From: Betaproteobacteria bacterium | GTDB lineage: Bacteria; Pseudomonadota; Gammaproteobacteria; Burkholderiales; CAIKXV01 | Direction: 5' to 3' | Assembly (NCBI GenBank): GCA_947458265.1 | Contig: CANGYF010000013.1 | Location: forward strand, 57,301 to 121,300 | Length of the DNA: 64,000 bases | Shown here: positions 19,401 to 26,679 of the stretch, in pieces | Position numbering within the stretch: the stretch's first letter is position 1 | Layout of the letters: each line of letters begins with the position of its first letter | Program-made: the position numbers and the translations under genes | The notes under the pieces: model-generated | The model's input: the letters and a program-made list of their open reading frames with translations, nothing else | Told to the model about the DNA's origin: nothing | Database searches by the model: none

Positions 19401-19555
19401 TTGCGCCCGGCAGCCCCCTTGCCGCCCAGCCGCGAGCCGGGCTGGTAGACCGTTATTTCGTAGCGATCCTGCCAGCCGGATCGATCGGTCAGGGCGAACA
19501 CGGTGGCCATGGCCGCGCAGCCGCCACCCAGTACCACGATACGTTCCTTGGCCAT
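16412..19555 (-). CDS. Fusion protein: FAD/NAD(P)-binding amine-oxidase/desaturase-like flavoprotein (COG3349-like) plus C-terminal acetoacetate-decarboxylase (ADC)-like domain
   Basis: The N-terminus RIVVLGGGCAAMATVFAL...GGKG....EHGLH is the dinucleotide-binding fold of the amine-oxidase/phytoene-desaturase class. The late motif LLLSGDWT..GLNYGCVESAVLGG is the class C-terminal FAD contact. The last roughly 330 aa carry YDEAAFWVPV...IPYIFAGSGMAVAAGREHYGYPK, the ADC-family hallmark. A GGAGA Shine-Dalgarno lies upstream. Confidence 0.8.
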   Translation of the reverse strand: MAKERIVVLGGGCAAMATVFALTDRSGWQDRYEITVYQPGSRLGGKGAAGRNEARGDRIEEHGLHLWSGFYENAFWMMRKAFAELDRPPSAPIATLHTAFKPRHFAGLGSELRGDAIFWNGYLPQDPGQPGDFIPDDYASPGPDVRSPWELFCEIVPWSLRYLQTHASVTDAGKPAGQSVGEWMFDHATGGERAPLSVWLSRIGLGFLAWRVMRAFVAARRAHDALAARDRRVTTADARARFRALADRLRLVQRWIQRQLADAGVSTSPLGQLLGQAELLCTMMIGMLADGVMEEGFDRIDAWELSVWLRHHGASDAALDHPTLRSAYSYVFAFEQGDTRRPNLAAGVAVRMLLRLVLCSRGAVFWEMRAGMGDTIFAPLYEVLRRRGVRFRFFHRALELKTRAGRQVDEILIGRQATIVGGQEYQPLRDYRGVPGWPSLPDWAQLAEGEAMRSHFADRTFDLESAYTDWPDVETLTLRAGHDFDRVVLGVPVGALAYLCPTLCAANTRFRDMVAGIATVRTQAAQLWVDRTLEQLGWHLPSPVVSAYGEPFDTWADLTELLERENWGARGYGDGREPRSLAYFCGVMADDARGLLPPGEGVPADYSERALDEARRCARDWFVQHTGELWPKGTYPGTQALDHRLLHAPPGTPEEKRLEHQWFSANVDPSARYVQSRADTTRLRLRADESGFDNLLLSGDWTLNGLNYGCVESAVLGGLQAARAIGGYPARLFGETDFPPTSPFARVQPGAVRRGAANPPPPPWRCREGRAFLFYLQGEMTALQALCDRSLNDPSGRQFRFEPLSDLVVLTFQSLRGMHSVPRPQEGEFDYDEAAFWVPVRERRSGIECAMLIPYIFAGSGMAVAAGREHYGYPKEVADLHVPSGVEEPDRLSVRLPAREVAGGGFQPTEVVVCERGDPLTRPSALERLSRLATRPGARSRTALAFLHAALSEQLDFVFLRQVPALSGDPASSLSHLVLARAAPFNVPLRSWSFLPDSYVVRFAGVASHPIATDLGLVLEAGGAARALAAARCDLDFVLQPGVMLRG

Positions 19556-19586
19556 CTTCGTCTCCAGGGGTGCGAGGGTCAGCAGC

Positions 19587-20918
19587 TCACAACCGCAGGC
19601 GCCAGGCGACGCCGATCGTGGTCACCGAAGGGCTGCGTGCGACGCCCGACATCTGTACGGTCGTGGCCAGCGGCGTGCCGCCGTAGAAGCTGCGCGACAG
19701 GTCGATGCGGCCATCCTCGAACATCGCGTGCTTGAGCGCCAGATCGATCGTCGAACGGGCGCCTGCGCGCAGGCTCGCTCCGGCGGTGAGCCACGTGCGC
19801 GCACCGTCGGGGAAGGTGGTGTCGCGCAACCCGTCGGTGGTCGGCGTCTGCTCGCGCCGCACGCCCGCCCGCAGCACGAGCGACTCGCTGCGCTGCCACT
19901 GCAGTCCCAACGATACAGCGGAGGCGTCCCGGTAGCCGCTCGGGCGCACGAGGTCGGCACTGCCGTCGGCGAGCCGCACGCGAAGATCGCCGAACCGGCC
20001 CCAGCCGTACGTATCCAGCTGCGCGAAAACGGTGAGGGACTGGCTGGCCGTCCAGGCCACGCCGAGGCCAGCCATCGCCGGCATCCGCAGCTCGGTGGTC
20101 GCGCCCACCGTACCGTTCGCGCCCGCCAGCAGCCCGGTGAGGCCCTGTATGGTATTCGTGCCGCTGATCGCGATGTCCATCCCCGAGCGGTAATGTGCGC
20201 CCACCCTCAGCGCAGGCGTGGCCGCCCAACTCACCCCGAAGTGCATGCCGACACCCGAGCCGCTTCCGCGCAGGCGGGTGCTGCCATCCGTGGACGCGGT
20301 CGGCACAACGGCGAATGGATCCGGCAGCGCGGACTGGAGATCCGATTGCGCATGCTGCCAGTCGATGCCGCCACCGATCGACAGGGTATCGGTCAGCAGA
20401 CGCGCCGCCGAGACGGTCAGGTTCACGGTCTCGAGCGACACGCGGGTGGAATCGTAGCGTCCGAACCACTCGGGGCTGAAGGTCGAGGACAGCCCGAACG
20501 CAGAGGTGAGCCCCGCTGCCAGTGCGGTCCGTCCGTCGGAAAGGCGGTGCACCACGAACAGGTTCGGCACCGGGGTCGGGTCGGTGGGGTTGTCGAAGCC
20601 CGTGCCCGGATAGGGCTGAGCGACAAGACCCGTGCCCGGGCTCCTCGCGGTCGACCCCAGGTCGCGCAACGAGGCCCGAGGCGTCAGCACCTGCGCCCCC
20701 AGGGACCACTCGGTGCCGCTCCCGTAATTCGTACCGGGCGACAGAAGCGCAGCGGGGTTGAAGTATGCGGCGGCTGGATCGGCCGTGTCGACCACCGTGC
20801 CGGCACCAGCCCGCCCGATCGCCAGAACGCTCTGCTGGTTGACGAACCAGCCGGTCGCCCCGACTGCGCCGGGCATCCCGAGCAGGAGCAGAGCAAGACA
20901 TCTGAAACAAACCGTCAT
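19587..20918 (-). CDS. FadL/TodX-family outer-membrane transporter for hydrophobic compounds
   Basis: The start is MTVCFRCLALLLLGMPGAVGATG at 20918, a signal peptide. QSVLAIGRAGAG...DPAAAYFNPAAL is the typical FadL N-terminal hatch motif. The C-terminus has a beta-barrel pattern ending VAWRLRL. Confidence 0.85.
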   Translation of the reverse strand: MTVCFRCLALLLLGMPGAVGATGWFVNQQSVLAIGRAGAGTVVDTADPAAAYFNPAALLSPGTNYGSGTEWSLGAQVLTPRASLRDLGSTARSPGTGLVAQPYPGTGFDNPTDPTPVPNLFVVHRLSDGRTALAAGLTSAFGLSSTFSPEWFGRYDSTRVSLETVNLTVSAARLLTDTLSIGGGIDWQHAQSDLQSALPDPFAVVPTASTDGSTRLRGSGSGVGMHFGVSWAATPALRVGAHYRSGMDIAISGTNTIQGLTGLLAGANGTVGATTELRMPAMAGLGVAWTASQSLTVFAQLDTYGWGRFGDLRVRLADGSADLVRPSGYRDASAVSLGLQWQRSESLVLRAGVRREQTPTTDGLRDTTFPDGARTWLTAGASLRAGARSTIDLALKHAMFEDGRIDLSRSFYGGTPLATTVQMSGVARSPSVTTIGVAWRLRL

Positions 20919-21154
20919 CTGGAAACCCCACGATCCGTTGAGCGGCAGGCCTTCCCCGGACATCGACCCGGCATTCGCCGCTGACGACACCGGCGCGACC
21001 CGAGGCTGGTGCCCTCCAGCCTCTTCCGTGCTTGATCCGCACAATACGGCAATATCATGCGTTTTCCGCGTGGAGTTTGGCACGGACACTCCGGCTGATT
21101 CAAGTTCAGCCGCCCACACGGCCGATGGGCTCCCGGCAGGCGCTGCGGGCGGCG

Positions 21155-21552
21155 CTACCTCTCGCGCAGCGACTCGTGCAGCGTCCGGGTGATCGGCTTG
21201 GTGAGAAACTCCCAGATCGTCCGCTCCCCGGTCTTGATCTCGACGGTGCCGGTCATCCCGGGCTGGATCTCCAGCCGCTCGCCTGCCCGTGGAACACGCC
21301 GTAGATCGCGTAGTCGAACGCGTCGAGCTTGACCGTCGCCGGCAGGTGACGGCGCACGACCCCGCCGATCGTCGTGAGGCGCACGTTGCGCACCACCCCG
21401 TCCATCGGCGCGCGGACATCGGTCAGCACGAGCTCCTCGCGCCGCTGCGCCATCACCTGCCGAATACCCGAGAGCTCTTCCTGCGCCTTGGCGAGATCGG
21501 CGTGGATGCCCTGCGGTCCGGCACGGGGAACGCTTGATTCGTCGGCGACCAC
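21155..21552 (-). pseudogene. HlyD-family (type I secretion membrane-fusion protein) C-terminal relic, frameshifted and internally deleted
   Basis: Two overlapping frames carry HlyD-type blocks. One has DVRAPMDGVVRNVRLTTIGGVV and ATVKLDAFDYAIYGV..G. The other has LEIQPGMTGTVEIKTGERTIWEFLTKPI. The N-terminal two thirds of the gene are absent. Confidence 0.6.
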
Positions 21553-21660
21553 CTATCGCCTGAATGACCATCATGTGATACCGGCCGCAGAAGTCGGCGA
21601 GGTCCACGGACAAGGCGACATGGCCGCGGGCGTGCAACCCGCGGTCAGTCACTCCCGCGA

Positions 21661-22308
21661 CTAGGCGCTGGGACGCTTCCTGCGCAGCAGGCCGAACAGC
21701 GCCAGCCCGCTGGCAGTCAGCAGCGCACTGCCGGGCACCGGGATGTTTTCAACGACCACGCCCTCGACCGTCGTCTGTCCGAGCATGAAACCCGAGTTCG
21801 GCGCGACGATGCCGGTTAACCCGTTCAGGCTGAAAACGGACACGCCAAAGGTACCGCTCAACGTGCCGTTGGTGCCCGGCCCGATGGAGGTCGGCGCCCA
21901 ACTCAGCATGATGGGGCTGACATCGCTGAAGATCGTTCCGCCGGCGGATGATCCGACGAACTTGCCCGTTCCGCCTTCGTTGAGGTCCTGAATGACCAGG
22001 TCGAAAGTGAACGCATTGAACGTGGCGCCAGTGCCCAGATCCTGGGTTGAGCAGCCGACGCACGCGAGCGTGAAGATTCCGTAGTTCACGTTCGAGGGGG
22101 TTCCGACGGTGGCGGTCGGCGCGGCAGCGTAGGTCAGCGTGGCAGCGGCGCCCGATGAACTGTTCAACGTCAGGCTCGTACCACCGAAGCCAGTGCCGGG
22201 GTTATTGGTAGTGAAGGTGACGGTGGCGGCGCTGGCGGCGCCGCTCAATACAGCGACGACGGCGCCCGCAATCGACAGGGCGCTGGTCAGCAGAGGTTTG
22301 CATCGCAT
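21661..22308 (-). CDS. PEP-CTERM-type sorting-domain secreted protein
   Basis: There is a signal peptide (..LSGAASAA) and a Gly/Thr/Ser-rich body. The C-terminus IPVPGSALLTASGLALFGLLRRKRPSA has the motif, TM helix and basic tail layout of exosortase substrates. Confidence 0.75.
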   Translation of the reverse strand: MRCKPLLTSALSIAGAVVAVLSGAASAATVTFTTNNPGTGFGGTSLTLNSSSGAAATLTYAAAPTATVGTPSNVNYGIFTLACVGCSTQDLGTGATFNAFTFDLVIQDLNEGGTGKFVGSSAGGTIFSDVSPIMLSWAPTSIGPGTNGTLSGTFGVSVFSLNGLTGIVAPNSGFMLGQTTVEGVVVENIPVPGSALLTASGLALFGLLRRKRPSA

Positions 22309-22544
22309 CTCGTAGATCTCCAGATGGGGTCCGCAAGATCATGGGTCGGGCGTCAGCCGGGACGCACACAGTGCGTCCTGATCCAAACGGCGCGTCAGAC
22401 CTCGTGGGCGACGCATCGATCGAGCCCGTCTGCCGTGCGGTCGCTCGCCTCCTGTTGGATGGGGCATGGTTGATGCATGTCGATACGCCAGGGCACCACG
22501 AGGCCGATCATCCGGTCTCATGTTCCGCCCCTGGGGAGAACGCC

Positions 22545-23180
22545 ATGATGCGATCCGCAGTCCGATTGACCGGTTGCCTGTGCGTCGCGATGGCAGGTTT
22601 CGCATCGAGCCCCGCTGCATCCAACAGCGTGAGTTACGTGATGAATACCGCGAACGTCCCCCTGCTGCCGGGGTTCGACCGTTACGGCTCGCTCAACTTG
22701 ACCGAAACCGGCGCCGACACCGTGCTTTTCTCGGCTAGCGTCGGGCCCTCGAGCCCGCAGGATTTCGCCGTCGCCGGGGTGTGGTTCAACGTCAGAGGCG
22801 GACAGCCCCTGATGTTCAGCGTGCCTGGCTACATCCTGAGCCTGGGTGACGTCGGCGGCTTCGGCACATTCACCTTCAACGTCGTTCCGTACCCGGGGTC
22901 GTTCGCGGTGCCGCGGTTCGAGTTCAGCGTCTCGAGTCCCGGCCTCACCCTGTCGGATGTCGCGTTCGACAACGCGCATGGCTGGGGTGCGGCCATGCGC
23001 ATCGTCGAGTTTGCCTACATGCCCCCCGGCCCCCCGTTCGTACCGATCGTGTTCGAGGCGATCTTTGCCGCACCGACGCCGGTGGTTCCGCTCCCTGCGC
23101 CGCTCCTGCTGTTGATGTCCGGCCTGGCCGCACTCGGTGTGGCGGCACGACGGCCTGCCGCTTCAACGACTATCATGTAA
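22545..23180 (+). CDS. VPLPA-CTERM-type sorting-domain secreted protein
   Basis: ATG at 22545 follows GGGGAGA. There is a signal peptide (..GFASSPAAS). The C-terminus VVPLPAPLLLLMSGLAALGVAARRPA matches the VPLPA-CTERM variant layout. Confidence 0.7.
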   Translation: MMRSAVRLTGCLCVAMAGFASSPAASNSVSYVMNTANVPLLPGFDRYGSLNLTETGADTVLFSASVGPSSPQDFAVAGVWFNVRGGQPLMFSVPGYILSLGDVGGFGTFTFNVVPYPGSFAVPRFEFSVSSPGLTLSDVAFDNAHGWGAAMRIVEFAYMPPGPPFVPIVFEAIFAAPTPVVPLPAPLLLLMSGLAALGVAARRPAASTTIM

Positions 23181-23254
23181 CCCCGGGCGCAAGAACCGGA
23201 TCGCTGTTTCCGGTGACGCTCGAAACGTCGTGAACGCACACGGGGGAGGAGAAC

Positions 23255-24232
23255 ATGAGGGTTACATCCGCGGTGGCCACCGTGCTGCTGTGCATGCTGC
23301 TGCCTGGCGCTCCCGCGCACGCCCAGCAGAAGGCCGGCGACTTTCCGGCACGTGCCGTGCGACTGGTCGTCCCGTATCCGCCCGGTGCATCGAACGACAT
23401 CGTCGCGCGACTCCTCGGGCAGAAGCTGTCCGAGGCCTGGGGCCAGCAGGTGGTGATCGACAACCGCAGCGGCGCGGGGGGCCTCGTCGGCGCGGAGATC
23501 GTCGCGCGGGCCAGTCCCGACGGCTACACGCTGCTGATGACCAACCCGGGATCCAATGCGATCAACTTCGCGCTGCGCGCGAAGACCCCTTACCGCCCCG
23601 AGGACTTCGCCTCGGTGACGCTGCTCGGCTGGTCGCCGATCATGCTGCTGACCAGCGCGACGTTCCCGGCCGCGAGCATGAACGAACTCATTGCCATCGC
23701 GAAGGCGAAGCCGGGCCAGCTTACCGGTGGATCGTCGGGTGCGGGCGGCAGCAGCCACCTCGCGCTCGAGTACTTCAAGATGCTCTCGGGCACCGACATC
23801 CTGCACGTGCCGTACAAGGGTGCGGCACCTGCGATCACCGACATGATCGCAGGACAGGTGAGCATCATCTTCACCACGCCGGTCACCGCGCAGGGGATGA
23901 TCCGCGCGGGCAAGATCAAGGCACTCGCCGTCGCTGGCAACCGGCGGCTCGACGTGTTCCCCGACGTGCCGACCACCAGCGAGCAGGGGATGAAGGGCTA
24001 CGACGTCAACATCTGGTTCGGCATCTCCGCGCCCGCCGGCACGCCGCGCCCGCTGATCCTGCGGATCGCCCGCGACCTGCACACAGCCACCGCGTCGGCC
24101 GATGTGAAGGAGCGTTTCGCCGGACTGGGACTGGAGCCGCAGGTCGGCACGCCCGAGGCGTTCGACCGCATCATTCGCGAGGACATCGAGCGTTGGAGCA
24201 AGGTCGTGAAGGCGGCGAAGCTCGCGCCGTGA
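23255..24232 (+). CDS. Bug-family (TctC-like) substrate-binding protein
   Basis: A signal peptide is followed by FPARAVRLVVPYPPGASND and IDNRSGAGG. A GGAGGAG Shine-Dalgarno lies upstream. Confidence 0.9.
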   Translation: MRVTSAVATVLLCMLLPGAPAHAQQKAGDFPARAVRLVVPYPPGASNDIVARLLGQKLSEAWGQQVVIDNRSGAGGLVGAEIVARASPDGYTLLMTNPGSNAINFALRAKTPYRPEDFASVTLLGWSPIMLLTSATFPAASMNELIAIAKAKPGQLTGGSSGAGGSSHLALEYFKMLSGTDILHVPYKGAAPAITDMIAGQVSIIFTTPVTAQGMIRAGKIKALAVAGNRRLDVFPDVPTTSEQGMKGYDVNIWFGISAPAGTPRPLILRIARDLHTATASADVKERFAGLGLEPQVGTPEAFDRIIREDIERWSKVVKAAKLAP

Positions 24233-24277
24233 GCGGTTGCCCATGCACGGCCGAGACCACGCCTTTCATGCTTTGCG

Positions 24278-24300
24278 CCAGGCCGGCCATGCCGGCCTGG
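24278..24300. terminator. GC-rich hairpin between convergent genes (CCAGGCCGG-ccatg-CCGGCCTGG)
   Basis: A perfect 9-bp stem was read from the sequence. It sits between the Bug gene stop (24232) and the DUF2950 gene stop (24305). There is no clear U-tract. Confidence 0.45.
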
Positions 24301-24304
24301 CCGG

Positions 24305-25270
24305 TCACGGCTGAGTCTGCCGCCAGCGCGAGTCAGGGTTGAAACGCTGGATGCTGGCGGCGATCTTCGCGCCGTGGGGCCCCAGGTTGCGCTCGTAGAT
24401 CACGCCATCGTGGTTCACGATGAAGGACATGACACCGGATTGGCCGTAGCTTACCGGCCAGGCGATCAGCGCAAAGCCGCTGACCATCCGGTCGCCGATC
24501 AGGTAGCTGGTGGCGCCACCGGGTGCCTGCGGGCCCTGTCCGGTGAGGATCCGGAAGTGGTAGCCGTGGTAGCCCGTCCCGGGCCTGTTGGGCAGGAAAG
24601 CCTGCCCCAGCGGACTTTCGTCGCCGAGATCGGGGCTCCAGATGAGACCATCGCGCTTGCCCGGGCTGCTGACCAGGCGGCGCGCATACTGCAGTGCGCC
24701 GCTGCCGATCCGGTCGACCGTGGCGTACTCGCGCTGTGCATCCAGGTAGGCCAGCATCGCCCGCATGGCCGAGCGCTCGTTGTTGCCGATACGCTGTTCC
24801 AGGACGGCTCTCAGGCCACCGCTCACGTCGAACTGCCAGCGTCCGTCGGTGCGCTGAAGCAGCGGTATCGGCAGCACCCAGTCGTCGGCACCCACTGACA
24901 ATTCGGCCCTGCGGCCATCGAGCATCCTGACCGAGCGCGTCTGTCGGGCCTTGTCCACGAAGGCGCGCACGTCGGCGGGATCCATGCGATCGAGCGGTAC
25001 CAGGGTCTGCGCGTCTTTTCCCAGCACCTTCGTCAGCGCCGTCCGATCGTTGGCGGCGACGGCCTCTATCAGAGCATCGGCCGCCGCCTCGGCCGTCGCA
25101 TACGGTGCCTGCGCCAGTGCAGCGCCGTGCCCGGCAAGCAGGCAGACCAGCGCCGCAACGCGGGCAATCCGGCGCAGCCAAGGCGCAAGGGTCGCTCGAA
25201 CCGGTGTCGACGCTGCCGAGGGCAAGTCGCCGGTGGGGTGTCCTGTCATCATCGGGGCTCCTGCCTTCAA
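24305..25270 (-). CDS. DUF2950-family secreted protein
   Basis: A signal-like segment is followed by blocks such as AYLDAQREYA, GYHGYHFRIL and SGFALIAWP..YG.SGVMSF, which I recognise as DUF2950. The start overlaps the stop of the upstream DUF3300 gene. The exact start is uncertain. Confidence 0.8.
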   Translation of the reverse strand: MKAGAPMMTGHPTGDLPSAASTPVRATLAPWLRRIARVAALVCLLAGHGAALAQAPYATAEAAADALIEAVAANDRTALTKVLGKDAQTLVPLDRMDPADVRAFVDKARQTRSVRMLDGRRAELSVGADDWVLPIPLLQRTDGRWQFDVSGGLRAVLEQRIGNNERSAMRAMLAYLDAQREYATVDRIGSGALQYARRLVSSPGKRDGLIWSPDLGDESPLGQAFLPNRPGTGYHGYHFRILTGQGPQAPGGATSYLIGDRMVSGFALIAWPVSYGQSGVMSFIVNHDGVIYERNLGPHGAKIAASIQRFNPDSRWRQTQP

Positions 25271-26529
25271 CGGTGTCTACCGGCACCGGCTGCGCGCGCG
25301 CCGCCACCATGGCCACCTTGCATTGCCGCTGCGCTCGCGCGGCCGCGTTCGGCGTTGGCACGGGCCGCACCGGCGTCGCGCGCGCCGGCCAGTGCGCCCT
25401 GGCTGACCGGTTCGGCGCGGGCGCCGTGGGTGTCGCGCACAGGGGTGCGATCGGGACTGCGATCAGGGCTGCGATCGGGGGCACGATCGGAGCGCAGTTC
25501 GCGCGCGGATCCGCTACCCGCATCCGCGCCCTTCAGCTGCCTTCGTCCCTCGGCCGGGTCGGCGCCGCGCGCCTTCAGGGCTTCGGCGGCGCGTGCGCGA
25601 TCGGCATCCTTGCCGTCACGGCCGCGGAATGCGTCGCGGTCGATCGTGCTGTCGGTCTTGCGGCCGAACTGCTCGCGGCTGCGGGCATCGCGGTAGGGAA
25701 CGTCGCGCCGCCGCTGGGCATTGTGCTCGAACCGGTTGTTGTTGACCGTGATGGGCCGGTTGACGTTGATGTTGTTGTAGCGGTTGACGTTGATGTCGAT
25801 GTCGTTACGGCCCCAGTTGAAACCGCCCCATAGCGAGTTGCTGGCGCTGCTGATGGCCACGCCCCACACCACCCCGGCCACGAACACGCCGCCCGGATAG
25901 TAGGCGGGCGGCGGTGGCCAGTAGTAAGGTGGATAGCTGGCATACGGCCACGGGCCGTACATGACCGTGGGCTGGTACACGGGCACGTAAACGACCTGTG
26001 GCTGCGCCGGCACGATCACGATCACCTGCTTTCCGGCGTCGGTCTGGAGTTCCACGAGTTGCTGCTCGGTGCTCTTCAGGTTGCCGGCTGCCTTGGCCTT
26101 CGCGCGCAGGACCTGAACGCGATCCATCAGACGTCCCGGATCCGCCAGGAATGCGTCACCCAGCCGCTGCACATCGGAGGGCCGGGCTGCCATCATCGCC
26201 AGTACCTGCGGAAAAGCCACCAATGACTGCACGGAGGGTTCCCAAGGCTGGCTTGCGACCCGCTTCACCGCCTCGTCGCCACTGACCTTCGGATTGGCCT
26301 TCGACCAGGCGGCGGCATCCTTCACGTCCGCCGGATAGGTGCTGGCCATCAGGATCTGCGCCAGCAGTGCGTCCGGGTAGAGCGCGATCGGTGCGAGCAT
26401 CTGATCGAGCTCTTCGTCCCGGAAAGGCTGCGGTGCCTGCGCATTCGACAGTGCAGGCAGCGCCAGCAATGCCAGCATGCCGAGCATCGCAAAGAGCCGG
26501 TGCAGTGCCCTGTTGACGGTTACATTCAT
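25267..26529 (-). CDS. DUF3300-family secreted protein
   Basis: A signal peptide is followed by LDQMLAPIALYPDALLAQILMASTYP and VQSLVAFPQVL (DUF3300 blocks). The middle is Pro/Tyr/Trp-rich and the tail is low-complexity and Arg/Asp-rich. A GGAG Shine-Dalgarno is present. Confidence 0.85.
   Translation of the reverse strand: MNVTVNRALHRLFAMLGMLALLALPALSNAQAPQPFRDEELDQMLAPIALYPDALLAQILMASTYPADVKDAAAWSKANPKVSGDEAVKRVASQPWEPSVQSLVAFPQVLAMMAARPSDVQRLGDAFLADPGRLMDRVQVLRAKAKAAGNLKSTEQQLVELQTDAGKQVIVIVPAQPQVVYVPVYQPTVMYGPWPYASYPPYYWPPPPAYYPGGVFVAGVVWGVAISSASNSLWGGFNWGRNDIDINVNRYNNINVNRPITVNNNRFEHNAQRRRDVPYRDARSREQFGRKTDSTIDRDAFRGRDGKDADRARAAEALKARGADPAEGRRQLKGADAGSGSARELRSDRAPDRSPDRSPDRTPVRDTHGARAEPVSQGALAGARDAGAARANAERGRASAAAMQGGHGGGARAAGAGRHR
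25445..25492. repeat. Four tandem 12-nt units (c/gTGCGATCrGGG-like) inside the DUF3300 gene, encoding (D-R-S/A/T-P) repeats
   Basis: Read directly from the sequence. The translated tail reads SDRAPDRSPDRSPDRTP. Confidence 0.7.
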
Positions 26530-26679
26530 TGTCGGTCTCCACCCTGCATCGAGCGCTCCCTGCCGACGCGCCCCGCTGCATCGAATCTACACGATATCGT
26601 GAGTAATGAGACCCGCTCGATCGGGGAAAACCGCATGCCCCTTGGTGCATGCACGCTTTCACTTTGGTACCCTTCCAGC

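Noticed and set aside
16913-19735. 940-aa plus-strand ORF; also the 13811-15601 (596 aa) ORF
   Set aside because: Both are antisense to the flavoprotein-fusion and STAND genes. They have no recognisable motifs and show GC-artefact composition.
21077-21100. TGGCAC element (tttggcacggacactcc) resembling the -24 half of a sigma-54 promoter upstream of the FadL operon
   Set aside because: It is on the plus strand, pointing away from the minus-strand operon. It also lacks a properly spaced TTGC -12 element.
20919-21419. 167-codon upstream extension of the FadL ORF (the 610-aa version)
   Set aside because: The signal peptide and FadL homology begin at the Met at 20918. The extension overlaps the HlyD relic region and is Arg/Ser/Ala-rich.
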